Below are positions 37,115 to 46,975 of a DNA stretch of 64,000 nt, one piece after another (position 1 is the stretch's first letter; the number at the start of each line of letters is the position of its first letter). Source of the DNA: a bacterium (lineage in GTDB: Bacteria; Patescibacteriota; Minisyncoccia; Phycocordibacterales; CAIZLB01); contig JAIXXV010000032.1 in NCBI GenBank assembly GCA_027490575.1, positions 13,211-77,210 of the forward strand, in the 5' to 3' direction. The position numbers and the translations under genes are program-made. Under the pieces are notes generated by a model, which did no database searches, was not told the DNA's origin, and saw only the letters and a program-made list of their open reading frames with translations.

Positions 37115-37888
37115 TTAGATGGATTTACGTATATTACGACAATAACTCTCTCTATGCAAGTCAGATAATCCATGTTGTGATATAAGGCGCCGGTGAGACT
37201 CCGTACCGTACCCTTTGTGCTTTTCAAAGCCATATTTTCCGTATTCTGGATTATTCGCACATTTGGCCATATTTAGATCCCTTTTCACCTTTGCATAGAT
37301 AGAAGCAAATGATATGACCATCTCTTTTTCATCACCTTTTGTAAATGTTTCCTGGTTTTCGAAATCCGCCGGAGCTTTCAGTCCACCGTCGAGTAAAATG
37401 CAATATTCAGATTCAGTTGATCCAGTATCTCTCATGTGTTTTTGAAGACCGTCACCGATGCAACTTTTTATACACATACTTATACCTTGGTTATCAATTT
37501 GCCTAGCTGTTTTTGATAGGTAAATGAAACTTGCAGAGGAGCCTAGCTCTGCGTCCTTAAAAAATCTTGACCAAGATTCCCTCAGCGCTGATGAAAGTTT
37601 TTTTGAATCTTTTTCATACACATATGAGAGTTTATGCTTTTTAAGATTCTCTTTGTTTTTCTTTAAAAATTCTTTATATGAATTTGAGACATTCTTCACA
37701 AAGGGCATGAAGCAGATACCTACACCTACTGGACCTGCCAGAGGCCCTCTTCCTACCTCATCTATACCTACGAGCCACTTTGGTTTATGACTTTTCAGTG
37801 TGTTTTTTGGTGTACTTTTTCTCGCCCGTATTTGCACAGGTTTTTGCGCAGGTCTTTTCACGATCATTTGTTTAGCCATTAGTGTCAT
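37115..37888 (-). CDS. rnhB: ribonuclease HII
   Basis: GIDEVGRGPLAGPV catalytic N-terminus and the RNase HII fold pattern. Confidence 0.85.
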   Translation of the reverse strand: MTLMAKQMIVKRPAQKPVQIRARKSTPKNTLKSHKPKWLVGIDEVGRGPLAGPVGVGICFMPFVKNVSNSYKEFLKKNKENLKKHKLSYVYEKDSKKLSSALRESWSRFFKDAELGSSASFIYLSKTARQIDNQGISMCIKSCIGDGLQKHMRDTGSTESEYCILLDGGLKAPADFENQETFTKGDEKEMVISFASIYAKVKRDLNMAKCANNPEYGKYGFEKHKGYGTESHRRLISQHGLSDLHRESYCRNIRKSI

Positions 37889-37962
37889 TATTTACCCATT
37901 ATACAACACACAAACCTTATCCACTTCTTTATGTTTCTTAATAAAAATTTTATAATAGCTTC

Positions 37963-40900
37963 ATGACTTCTAAGGACCCTATCGTTCCCGACAATGAAAC
38001 AGCAAAAAAGAGATTTGTGCACTTGCACACTCACACTCACTATAGTCTACTCCAAGCACTACCAAAGATCCCGGATTTGATAAAAAAAGCAAAAGAGTCA
38101 GGTATGGACGCATTGGCAATCACTGACAATGGAAACATGTATGCAACTATCGAGTTCGTAAAAGAAGTTGATGGGAAAGATATCAAACCAATCATCGGTG
38201 TAGACTTTTTCGTGGCAGTCAGAACAAGACATGACAAAGAGCCTCGCATAGACAATCGTAGTAAAAAACTTTTATTGTTGGCAAAAGATTCTGTTGGTTA
38301 TCAAAGTCTAAAGATGCTTGTGACTCGTTCAAACTTTGAAGGTTTCTATTATCGTCCACGTATTGATAAGGAACTTATAGAAGAGTACAAAGATGGTGTG
38401 ATTGCTATCATGCCGTCTTTCGGTGGTGAAGTCGCGTCTTTAGCTAGCACAGGTAACATAGATGAAGCCAAGAAAGTATTAGAATATTATAAAGAAGTAT
38501 ATGGTTCATCAAAAGACCCTAAAGAGAGTAACCTATTCATAGAAATCACAAAACATGATGATGTGGAAGATCATAAAGTGACTATGGAACGCATGATAGA
38601 GATTGCGAGAGACTGTGATGTACCTATAGTTGCTGCTCATAACATTTTCTATACAAATCCTGACGATAAAAAAGCACGTACGACCCTACTCTCAGTTCAG
38701 AAAAGCTTTTCAAGTGGCCCGGTTGAAGATGCTGAGGGAGATTTTTCATTTCAAAGTACAGATCAAATGCTTGAGCATTTCAAAGACTTACCTGAAGCTA
38801 TAGAAAACACTGGTATCATAGCTGACAGATGCAACCTTGAGATACCACTTGGAAACTGGGTTTTTCCAAAACTAGAAGTAAGTGATCATCATAAAAATTC
38901 TGAAAAACCATATGATGAGGAGTTGCGCGAAGTTGTATATAAAGGATTCGCCAGAAGAAAAGTAGAAAAAACTGAAGAAGTTATAAAGAGAGTTGAATAC
39001 GAATTGGAAGTTATACGAAATAAAGGTTATGCACCTTACTTCTTGGTGGTAGCCGACCTTCTAAGGTATGCAAAAGAAAATGGCATACTCTCAAATATTA
39101 GAGGATCTGTATCTGGTTCGATGGTGACTTACCTTTCTGGTATTACAAATATTGACCCTATTGAGTACGAAATACCATTTGAAAGATTCCTAAACCCCGA
39201 TCGTCCATCAGCTCCCGATATCGATATGGACTATGCCGATAACCGTAGAGATGAGATGGTGGAATACACAAGACAAAAATACGGTAGAGACAAAGTGGCA
39301 CAGATTGGAACTTTCGGTACGATGGCAGCCCGCGGATCAGTTAGAGATGTGACACGTGCACTTGGCTTTCCTATCTCACTTGGAGATCAAGTCGCCAAAC
39401 TTATACCTATGGGTAAGCAAGGTTTTCCTATGACTATAGAGTTAGCGCTTGCGACAGTTCCAGAGCTAGCTGACTTGTACAAAGAAAATGCTGATGTAAA
39501 GCAAGTGATAGACATGGCAAAAAAGATTGAAGGTTGTGCAAGACATATCTCTATCCACGCAGCAGGTGTAGTTATTTCCCCAACTGATATCACTGACTAT
39601 ACACCTTTGCAATACGACCCTAAAGGTGAGATGAAAATCATTACTCAATACGATATGTACTCTATCGAGGATGCAGGTCTTTTGAAGTTTGACTTCCTCG
39701 GCTTGAAAAACCTCTCTATCATCGCCGATGCCATAGAGATTGCCGAGGCTCGTAACAAAGATAAAAACTTGCACATTGATATAGACACGATACCTCTCGA
39801 TGATGTTAAGACTTTTGAAATGCTTCAGCGTGGTGAGACGGAAGACTTGTTCCAATTAAACGGCGATGGTATGACACGTTTCCTAAAAGAGCTAAAACCC
39901 AACTCTATCCACGACATCAATGCGATGGTGGCACTATATCGTCCCGGACCACTTCAGTTCATCCCAGACTATATCGAGAGAAAGCATGATCCGAAAAAGA
40001 TTCCTGACATGGACCCTGATGTTTATGAAATCTTGAAGAAAACTTTTGGTGTACTAGTGTATCAAGATGACCTTTTGATGATGGCGCACAAGCTAGCTGG
40101 ATATAGTTGGGGCGAAGTAGATAAGTTCCGTAAAGCTGTAGGAAAGAAGATTCCAGAGGAAATGGCAAAGCAGAGAGAGAAGTTTATCCAGGGCTGTATA
40201 GAACACAGTGGTTGGGACAAAAAGCGTGCAGAGGAAGTGTGGGTAAAGATAGAACCATTTGCATCATACGGTTTCAACAAAGCTCACTCTGTATCATACG
40301 GACGAGTTGCGTATATCACGGCATATCTAAAAGCCAACTATCCCGCTGAGTATATGAGTGCTGTACTTACTCATGAATCAGGTGACGTTGAAAAGATTGC
40401 AGTATCTGTACAGGATTGTAAAAGAATGAAGATAGAGGTATTGCCTCCAAATGTAAATGAGAGTTATGGAAACTTTGGTGTGGTCGAAGATAAGATAATA
40501 CGTTTTGGACTATACAGTGTGAAAAACTCTGGTGAAGGCATAGCGGATGCGATTATCGCTGAGCGTAAGAAAAATGGAAAATATAAAACTCTTGAAGATT
40601 TTCTAAAGAGAGTTAAGGACCGAAACCTCAACAAGAAGTCTATGGAATCTTTGATCAAGGCTGGTGCTTTTGATGAGTTTGGAGACAGAGGAATCCTACT
40701 TGCCAACCTCCCTGACCTTCTCGAATACAACAAGGAACTTGCAAAGATGCCAGAAAACCAAGATTCACTCTTTGGCGCATTTGGCATGGATGACTCCGAC
40801 GGCTTGAGTACAGATGCAAATCATCTAAAACTTCAAGATGCACAGCCCGCCGATCCTACAGAAAAACTTCTTTGGGAAAAAGAGCTTCTCGGTTTGTACA

Positions 40901-41517
40901 TCTCAGGTCACCCTCTCGACAAACATCGCGCAACTTTGGACCAGCGTGAGCACAACATCGCTCGAGTAAAGCGAATGATTATGGAAGACGCTGAAGCCTT
41001 TGAGGCAAAGCAACAACGCGATGCTGAAAAAGCAGCTTTCCGACTGGCTCAAATGATACAGTATCGAAAAGAGCGAGGTCTACCTATAGAAGACATGGAC
41101 ATTGATGCAAGTGATGATGGAAAGTTGGCAGCGAGCGCTGGTAACAACGGTGTTGCGGAGGCAAACGGATCGGCGGAAAAAGGTAATGAACCAAAACCAA
41201 CAAAACCTGCTAAAAAAATGACACGTGAAGAAATACGAAAACAACAAGAAGCATCTCGTCCGAAAGAAAGAGTCTTGGTTATTGCAGGTATCATTGAATC
41301 AGTAAAAGAAATCCCTACCAAAAAAGATCCTACTCAAAAAATGATGTTCCTAAACGTCGCCGACTTCACTGGTTCTATAGAAGTAGTGGTCTTTCCAAAA
41401 TCATATGAACTCCATAAAGCCATGTTAAAACCTGATGCATGTGTAGCCATAAAAGGCAGGACTTCTAGTAGAAATGGTACACCGAGTTTGATGTTGGAGA
41501 ATATTAAGGTTTTGTAA
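37963..41517 (+). CDS. dnaE: DNA polymerase III alpha subunit (DnaE-type)
   Basis: N-terminal PHP domain (FVHLHTHTHYSLL), Pol3 alpha core, C-terminal OB domain; about 1184 aa with a low-complexity insertion near the C-terminus. Confidence 0.9.
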   Translation: MTSKDPIVPDNETAKKRFVHLHTHTHYSLLQALPKIPDLIKKAKESGMDALAITDNGNMYATIEFVKEVDGKDIKPIIGVDFFVAVRTRHDKEPRIDNRSKKLLLLAKDSVGYQSLKMLVTRSNFEGFYYRPRIDKELIEEYKDGVIAIMPSFGGEVASLASTGNIDEAKKVLEYYKEVYGSSKDPKESNLFIEITKHDDVEDHKVTMERMIEIARDCDVPIVAAHNIFYTNPDDKKARTTLLSVQKSFSSGPVEDAEGDFSFQSTDQMLEHFKDLPEAIENTGIIADRCNLEIPLGNWVFPKLEVSDHHKNSEKPYDEELREVVYKGFARRKVEKTEEVIKRVEYELEVIRNKGYAPYFLVVADLLRYAKENGILSNIRGSVSGSMVTYLSGITNIDPIEYEIPFERFLNPDRPSAPDIDMDYADNRRDEMVEYTRQKYGRDKVAQIGTFGTMAARGSVRDVTRALGFPISLGDQVAKLIPMGKQGFPMTIELALATVPELADLYKENADVKQVIDMAKKIEGCARHISIHAAGVVISPTDITDYTPLQYDPKGEMKIITQYDMYSIEDAGLLKFDFLGLKNLSIIADAIEIAEARNKDKNLHIDIDTIPLDDVKTFEMLQRGETEDLFQLNGDGMTRFLKELKPNSIHDINAMVALYRPGPLQFIPDYIERKHDPKKIPDMDPDVYEILKKTFGVLVYQDDLLMMAHKLAGYSWGEVDKFRKAVGKKIPEEMAKQREKFIQGCIEHSGWDKKRAEEVWVKIEPFASYGFNKAHSVSYGRVAYITAYLKANYPAEYMSAVLTHESGDVEKIAVSVQDCKRMKIEVLPPNVNESYGNFGVVEDKIIRFGLYSVKNSGEGIADAIIAERKKNGKYKTLEDFLKRVKDRNLNKKSMESLIKAGAFDEFGDRGILLANLPDLLEYNKELAKMPENQDSLFGAFGMDDSDGLSTDANHLKLQDAQPADPTEKLLWEKELLGLYISGHPLDKHRATLDQREHNIARVKRMIMEDAEAFEAKQQRDAEKAAFRLAQMIQYRKERGLPIEDMDIDASDDGKLAASAGNNGVAEANGSAEKGNEPKPTKPAKKMTREEIRKQQEASRPKERVLVIAGIIESVKEIPTKKDPTQKMMFLNVADFTGSIEVVVFPKSYELHKAMLKPDACVAIKGRTSSRNGTPSLMLENIKVL

Positions 41518-41563
41518 TGAAAACACCCTCCCAAAACCCCAAAAATCTGCTATCATAGACACC

Positions 41564-43405
41564 ATGAATAAAGATAACCAAGAAGCGCAAAGCGCTCAAA
41601 ACATAGAACATATTCGCCATTCCCTAGCCCACCTATTGGCGACGGCGACCTTGGAAATCTTTCCTGACACTCTTTTGACTATAGGCCCTGCCGTGGACGA
41701 TGGATTCTACTATGATATGGATTTTCAAAAACCTCTTGTTGAGAGTGACCTAAAAAGTATAGAGGAAAAGATGGGGGATATTTTGAAACAATGGTCTAAA
41801 CTACCCGATGGAGAAAGAGGTTTCAGACACAAGGAGGTTTCAGTCGATGAGGCTCGAGCACTTTTTGCCAACAACCATTACAAGCTAGAGCTTATAGAAG
41901 ACATCGCCAAAAAAGGTGAAGCTATCACTTTATATACATGTGGTCACAGTATAGATACTTCTGCGCAACCAACGCATCCTAAAAATCACATTCCCGAATT
42001 TACAGACTTATGCCGTGGAGGACATGTTGAAGACTTGTCAGAGATTGATCCAAAATCATTTAAGCTAACTCGTATTGCAGGAGCATACTGGCGAGGTGAT
42101 GAAAAGAACAAGATGTTAACTAGAGTTTACGGTATTGCTTTTGGAAGTAAAGACGAACTTCAAGCGTATATAACTCAACAAGAAGAAGCTAAAAAGAGAG
42201 ATCATAGAAAACTCGGACGCGAACTAAAACTTTTCACTATATCTGATCTTGTAGGATCTGGCCTTCCCCTTTTCCAACCAAAAGGTACAGTGCTCAGAAA
42301 AGCACTTGAGGATTATCTATGGGAACTACATGAACCTAGAGGCTACAGCAGAGTATGGACACCTCACCTTGCAAAAGCTGACCTATATATGACATCAGGT
42401 CACGGTATGCACTATCTTGCGGATATGTTCTCAGTACATGGTGGTACTAGTAAAGAAGACTTCTATGTAAAACCTATGAACTGTCCTCACCACATGCAGT
42501 TGTTTGCTGACAATCAGTTTTCATACAGAGATATGCCTGTAAGATACTTCGAACCTGCTACAGTATATAGAGACGAAAAAACGGGACAACTAGGAGGTCT
42601 TACTCGTGTGCGTTCAATCACCCAAGACGATGGCCACCTTTTCTGCAGAGTATCTCAACTTCACGAAGAAGCGTCTAGTATAGTTGATATCATTAAAACT
42701 TTTTATGGGACTATGGGAATGCTCGATGGTTACAAAGTCCGTCTATCACTACGAGGCGACGACAAAGAAAACTATTTAGGGAGCGATGCGGTTTGGGAAA
42801 CAGCTGAAAACGCACTGACTGAAGTATGTAAAAGCAAAGACCTTCCTTATTTCGAAGGTAAAGGTGAGGCGGCTTTCTACGGACCAAAGCTAGACTTCAT
42901 GTTCAAAGATGCTATCGGCCGTGAGCACCAACTGGCAACTGTACAGTGTGATTTCAACTTACCTGAGAGGTTCGATTTGTCATTTGTTAACGAGAAAGGC
43001 GAAAAAGAAAGACCTGTCGTTATCCACCGAGCAATATCAGGTTCACTAGAGAGATTCTTAGGAGTAATGATAGAGCACTTTGCAGGAGCATTCCCACTTT
43101 GGATGTCACCCGTTCAAACAAAAGTCGTACCTATTGGCGAAAGACAATTTGAGTATGCACAAGAAGTTCAACAGCAACTGCGTGCGAAAGGTATCAGATC
43201 AGAAGTAGATCTGTCTGGAGACTCATTAGGTAAAAAAATCCGTAATGCAAAAACTGAAAAAATTCCATATGTACTCGTACTAGGAGACAAAGAGGTTGAA
43301 ACAAAAACTGTGACTATCGAAAGTAGAACTGGCAATGAAGGTGCTGTTTCTGTTGAAGACTTTTTGGTGAGATTGAAGAGTGAGATTGATGGCAGGGAGT
43401 TATAA
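41564..43405 (+). CDS. thrS: threonyl-tRNA synthetase (lacks the N-terminal TGS domain)
   Basis: Editing-domain HxxxH (HSLAHLL), class II motifs (FRDE..., TRVRSITQDDGHLF, GGLGRE-like) and a C-terminal anticodon-binding domain. Confidence 0.9.
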   Translation: MNKDNQEAQSAQNIEHIRHSLAHLLATATLEIFPDTLLTIGPAVDDGFYYDMDFQKPLVESDLKSIEEKMGDILKQWSKLPDGERGFRHKEVSVDEARALFANNHYKLELIEDIAKKGEAITLYTCGHSIDTSAQPTHPKNHIPEFTDLCRGGHVEDLSEIDPKSFKLTRIAGAYWRGDEKNKMLTRVYGIAFGSKDELQAYITQQEEAKKRDHRKLGRELKLFTISDLVGSGLPLFQPKGTVLRKALEDYLWELHEPRGYSRVWTPHLAKADLYMTSGHGMHYLADMFSVHGGTSKEDFYVKPMNCPHHMQLFADNQFSYRDMPVRYFEPATVYRDEKTGQLGGLTRVRSITQDDGHLFCRVSQLHEEASSIVDIIKTFYGTMGMLDGYKVRLSLRGDDKENYLGSDAVWETAENALTEVCKSKDLPYFEGKGEAAFYGPKLDFMFKDAIGREHQLATVQCDFNLPERFDLSFVNEKGEKERPVVIHRAISGSLERFLGVMIEHFAGAFPLWMSPVQTKVVPIGERQFEYAQEVQQQLRAKGIRSEVDLSGDSLGKKIRNAKTEKIPYVLVLGDKEVETKTVTIESRTGNEGAVSVEDFLVRLKSEIDGREL

Positions 43406-43488
43406 TTAGGAACTAACAATTGAAAATTGTCGATTGACACAAAGTCTGTCCGTGATAAAATACAATCACAATGGACTACAAAATGTAG

Positions 43489-43926
43489 TCAGTCGAGGAA
43501 GCCATCTCTAGTAAATAGAGATGGCTTTCGATCTTTTAGGGCTGCTATTATAAGGTTCTTGATATTTTTAAAGTCTAGGTTTGAAATCCTACTTATATTA
43601 TTAACTTGCCTAAGAAATCTCTTTGAGCTCATCATCTTAATCTGTGATATCAGAACAGTATAAGGTTTATTATCAATGTGAATCCTGTAATCAAATATTC
43701 CGAGATTAGTTTTTGAGGACAAAGGTAAAACCCAAGCCATATTTTTGCTAAACTTCCTAAGGATTAATATCGGCCACTCAAAGTTTTGATTTTTTCCATC
43801 TTGTTCATGGCCAACATTCAAACCAATGGAAGACCACCAAATTTCTCTTTCTCTAAAAAAAATCAGGGAGTCATCTCTCTGATTAATTACTGACTTTAAA
43901 TCACCCCAATCTGAAAAATCCTTCAT
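43489..43926 (-). CDS. MazF/PemK-family type II toxin (mRNA interferase), no adjacent antitoxin
   Basis: REREIWWSSIGLNVGHEQDGKNQNF...AWVLPLSSK matches the PemK/MazF core (GDIWxVDFDPxxGxEQxGxRP...VVxPxTS); 24-aa N-terminal extension. Confidence 0.65.
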   Translation of the reverse strand: MKDFSDWGDLKSVINQRDDSLIFFREREIWWSSIGLNVGHEQDGKNQNFEWPILILRKFSKNMAWVLPLSSKTNLGIFDYRIHIDNKPYTVLISQIKMMSSKRFLRQVNNISRISNLDFKNIKNLIIAALKDRKPSLFTRDGFLD

Positions 43927-43983
43927 GTATACAATTTAGCACTTAAACACTTAAGAAATATTAAATTTTTTATAAATTAAACA

Positions 43984-44727
43984 TTGATGTATAGTTACAG
44001 GACCAAAGCAATGACACCCTTAAACCTCGACATATCATGGAAAAACCCTCTCTCTGCCGAACTACAAAAGCCCTATTTCATAGATCTTATGAAAGTTGTA
44101 GATGACCTGTACGAACAAAACCCAGACAGTGTATTCCCCTCCCACCAAAACCTATTTAAGGCTTTTGAGGAGTGCTCATTTGATAATGTGAAAGTGGTAA
44201 TACTTGGCCAAGACCCATATCACCGCACTGACAGCAAAGGAGCGCCTCAGGCAACAGGTCTAGCATTTGCTGTGCCCTGCGACCAAAAGCTACCGCCATC
44301 TCTTAAGAATATCTTTAAGGAAATTTCATCTGACTTGTGCATAGACACTAGCGACAACACCAAAAACCAGACTAATGGTGACCTAACTCGCTGGGCAAAG
44401 CAAGGGGTGCTTTTGCTAAACTCCACACTGGCTGTCGAGCATGCGAAGCCTGGTTCACATTATGGATATGGTTGGGAAACATTTACAGACTCAGTCATAA
44501 AAGTACTTTCAGACCAAAGAGAAAACTTAGTCTTTATGCTTTGGGGAAATTATGCAAGGGAAAAGTCACAGCTTATAGACAAAACAAAGCACCTAGTCCT
44601 AGAGTCATCTCATCCATCTCCTTTCTCGGCACATAACAAGATAGATGGATTTATCGGATGCAAGCATTTCAGTAAAGCAAATGATTATCTGGTACAGCAC
44701 GGCAAGCGAATTATAGACTGGCGCTAG
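43984..44727 (+). CDS. ung: uracil-DNA glycosylase (family 1)
   Basis: VVILGQDPYH motif, LLLN, HPSP(F) C-terminal motif. Confidence 0.9.
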   Translation: MMYSYRTKAMTPLNLDISWKNPLSAELQKPYFIDLMKVVDDLYEQNPDSVFPSHQNLFKAFEECSFDNVKVVILGQDPYHRTDSKGAPQATGLAFAVPCDQKLPPSLKNIFKEISSDLCIDTSDNTKNQTNGDLTRWAKQGVLLLNSTLAVEHAKPGSHYGYGWETFTDSVIKVLSDQRENLVFMLWGNYAREKSQLIDKTKHLVLESSHPSPFSAHNKIDGFIGCKHFSKANDYLVQHGKRIIDWR

Positions 44728-44764
44728 AACAAAACACGAATCACTACACGCACAAAAAGACCGC

Positions 44765-44798
44765 ACACAAGGCGCGGTCTTTTGTTTGAAAATTGTAG
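44765..44798. terminator. bidirectional rho-independent terminator
   Basis: AAAAAGACCGC-ACACAAGGC-GCGGTCTTTTGTTTG between convergent ung and the surface-protein gene. Confidence 0.6.
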
Positions 44799-44817
44799 AT
44801 ATTTTCTCAGCAGATTA

Positions 44818-46161
44818 TTAACCGATAATCCCCTTTTTCAACATGTTTTGTCTTTTGAATTCAGCAATTCTATTGTCGATACTTGGTTTGTTGTATTTGT
44901 AGAATGCATAACCAGCGATCGAACTCCACAGTATCATTGCCAATGTTATAACTATCATCTTTGGACCAAAGTCTATACCTGTTGCAGGTACTTGGTTTAG
45001 GAATACTCCAGATACAGGTACACCAGTTACAGGTGTTTGATCTCTGATAACTGTTACGTTAGAAGCTACAGTGTTTGCAAAGATGGTTGTAGCACAAGTA
45101 GCGCTTACACTTTGACCATTTACAAATGCAGTAACACTCGCTGTCTTGTATCCAGGTATGTTGTAAGATCTAGTTAACTGAGCAGAATTTCCGAAAAGTC
45201 CATCAGTTCCTGACCAGTTGTATGAAGTTGCACCCCAGATATTTCCATTTACATACATAGTCCATGTAACGTTTTGGTTTATGAATGCAGTTGCAGGTGT
45301 AGCTACACAGTAAGCTCCGATAGGATTTACAGGTGGTACATAAGTGTCTTGTATAAGAACATTACATGATCTAGTGATTGATTGATTACCAGATGTGATA
45401 GTTACATAAGCTGTCTTGTATCCAAGTGATGCAAATCTTCCCGTAAATGATTGACCTGATGCACTTATACCATCACTTCCTGACCATACGTATGTGTAGT
45501 TTCCAGAACCTCCAGAAGCAGTTGCCATGAAAGTTAGGTTTTGATTAACAAATGCAGTTGAAGGACTAATGATACAGTTACCATTTAGAGTAGGTTCGGA
45601 AGGAGTGTTTGTATTTGAACCACCGCCACCTAGTACAACTAGACTGATGTTGTTGTTGTTTACAGGGTTAAATGTGTTTGAGTTGTTGTTTGTTGCACTA
45701 GCTGTACTGTTGTTTGTGTTAGTGTTTGTATTTCTGTTGGTATTTGTGTTTGTATTAGTATTTGAAGTATATACATACGAAAGCTGAGGGGCAGGTGTAA
45801 ATCCAAAACCTCCTCCACCACCTACATTGTTGTAGACATATCTTTGAGCTGGGGCCGCAACGAATCCTCCACCTACACGGTTTTGAACAGGTTGTACGTA
45901 TCTTTGCGTAGGGGCTGAAAATACAGGGTTTGAATATGTTGTATTCAATCTATATCCTGAAGAAGGACTTGAGTATACAGGGTTAGAGTAAGTTGTATTC
46001 AATCTATACCCAGAACCCGTTGTTCCAACACCTGACAAGCCAGAGCTTGTTTTAGATGCAAAAGTAACTCCTGGAAACAGCGTCACAGAAGAGACCAAAA
46101 TGGCTAGAAATATGAATTTCCCCGCTTTTTGTAGACTTTTTATATTTGTAATTGTTTTCAT
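44818..46161 (-). CDS. secreted repetitive surface protein with a C-terminal VPATG-type sorting-like signal
   Basis: Signal peptide; SGYRLNTTYSNPV x2; (TN)n run; two repeated beta-rich modules (SGGSGNYTYVWSGSDG/GYKTA); C-terminal PVSGVFLNQVPATG + TM + basic tail. Confidence 0.6.
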   Translation of the reverse strand: MKTITNIKSLQKAGKFIFLAILVSSVTLFPGVTFASKTSSGLSGVGTTGSGYRLNTTYSNPVYSSPSSGYRLNTTYSNPVFSAPTQRYVQPVQNRVGGGFVAAPAQRYVYNNVGGGGGFGFTPAPQLSYVYTSNTNTNTNTNRNTNTNTNNSTASATNNNSNTFNPVNNNNISLVVLGGGGSNTNTPSEPTLNGNCIISPSTAFVNQNLTFMATASGGSGNYTYVWSGSDGISASGQSFTGRFASLGYKTAYVTITSGNQSITRSCNVLIQDTYVPPVNPIGAYCVATPATAFINQNVTWTMYVNGNIWGATSYNWSGTDGLFGNSAQLTRSYNIPGYKTASVTAFVNGQSVSATCATTIFANTVASNVTVIRDQTPVTGVPVSGVFLNQVPATGIDFGPKMIVITLAMILWSSIAGYAFYKYNKPSIDNRIAEFKRQNMLKKGIIG

Positions 46162-46250
46162 AATGTCAAAACTATATATTATATTTAAATAAAGTCAAGT
46201 AAAAAGGCCGACGTCCTGGGACGCCGACCTTGTTGCTCTTTTTGTTTTTT

Positions 46251-46781
46251 TCACCTTCGTGCATCGGGAGGTGGTTGGTAGAGCGAACCAACCGTCCTGC
46301 CTGCCTGTGGAATCATCTGCGGAGGTCCATTTTGACCCTGAAGGTCACCGGGTGCGTAGATCATGCCAGTGGCATGATCCATGAACCATGGTTTGGAATC
46401 GTCCAGTGTCACCTTACTTTCGCGAGGAGCTCCGTGGGTCCTTTGGAACTCACGGAGTTGCTCGTCGTTGAAGTGATGGACGGTGCCGTCGTCCATAGTG
46501 ACGGTGTGTGTACGCGTAGCATAGCCGAGCAGACGTCTACCGTCTGGCATAGCCTGGCCGACATGATTGTCGGCTGAGCCTTGGACCACTTGTCCATGGC
46601 CCCACTGGTGATTTGGAGGTTGACCTCCGTTTTCTACAGTTTGACCATTGAATGCCATGGGCGCTTGACCCATAACCACCCCAGGTTGTTGGACAACTTG
46701 GCGCCGCTGTGGAACAGCAATGCAAGAGACGAAGCTGATCATGGTGACCAGTGCCAATACTAACAATTTCACTTTTTTCAT
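46251..46781 (-). CDS. hypothetical secreted/lipoprotein, GC-rich
   Basis: Signal peptide MKKVKLLVLALVTMISFVSC; Gly/Gln/Pro-rich mature part; start taken at the internal ATG. Confidence 0.45.
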   Translation of the reverse strand: MKKVKLLVLALVTMISFVSCIAVPQRRQVVQQPGVVMGQAPMAFNGQTVENGGQPPNHQWGHGQVVQGSADNHVGQAMPDGRRLLGYATRTHTVTMDDGTVHHFNDEQLREFQRTHGAPRESKVTLDDSKPWFMDHATGMIYAPGDLQGQNGPPQMIPQAGRTVGSLYQPPPDARR

Positions 46782-46975
46782 GATAATGAACGATTTTAGG
46801 GTTTGCTGAATGTACACTTTCGGTGCTTTACCGTGTGTAGTTGACTAGTATAATAGTATATTATGTCATATTTGTCAATAGTAATAATTGACTTTTATTA
46901 AAAATAGTGATATTAATATAAGCAGACAGATTCATTCTGAAATACCCTCAACCCAAAAATCCAAGACAAAACGAG

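Noticed and set aside
46230-46577. 115-aa plus-strand ORF
   Set aside because: Antisense to the better-supported secreted protein gene 46251-46781, which has a signal peptide and terminator; GC-rich antisense frames are commonly open by chance
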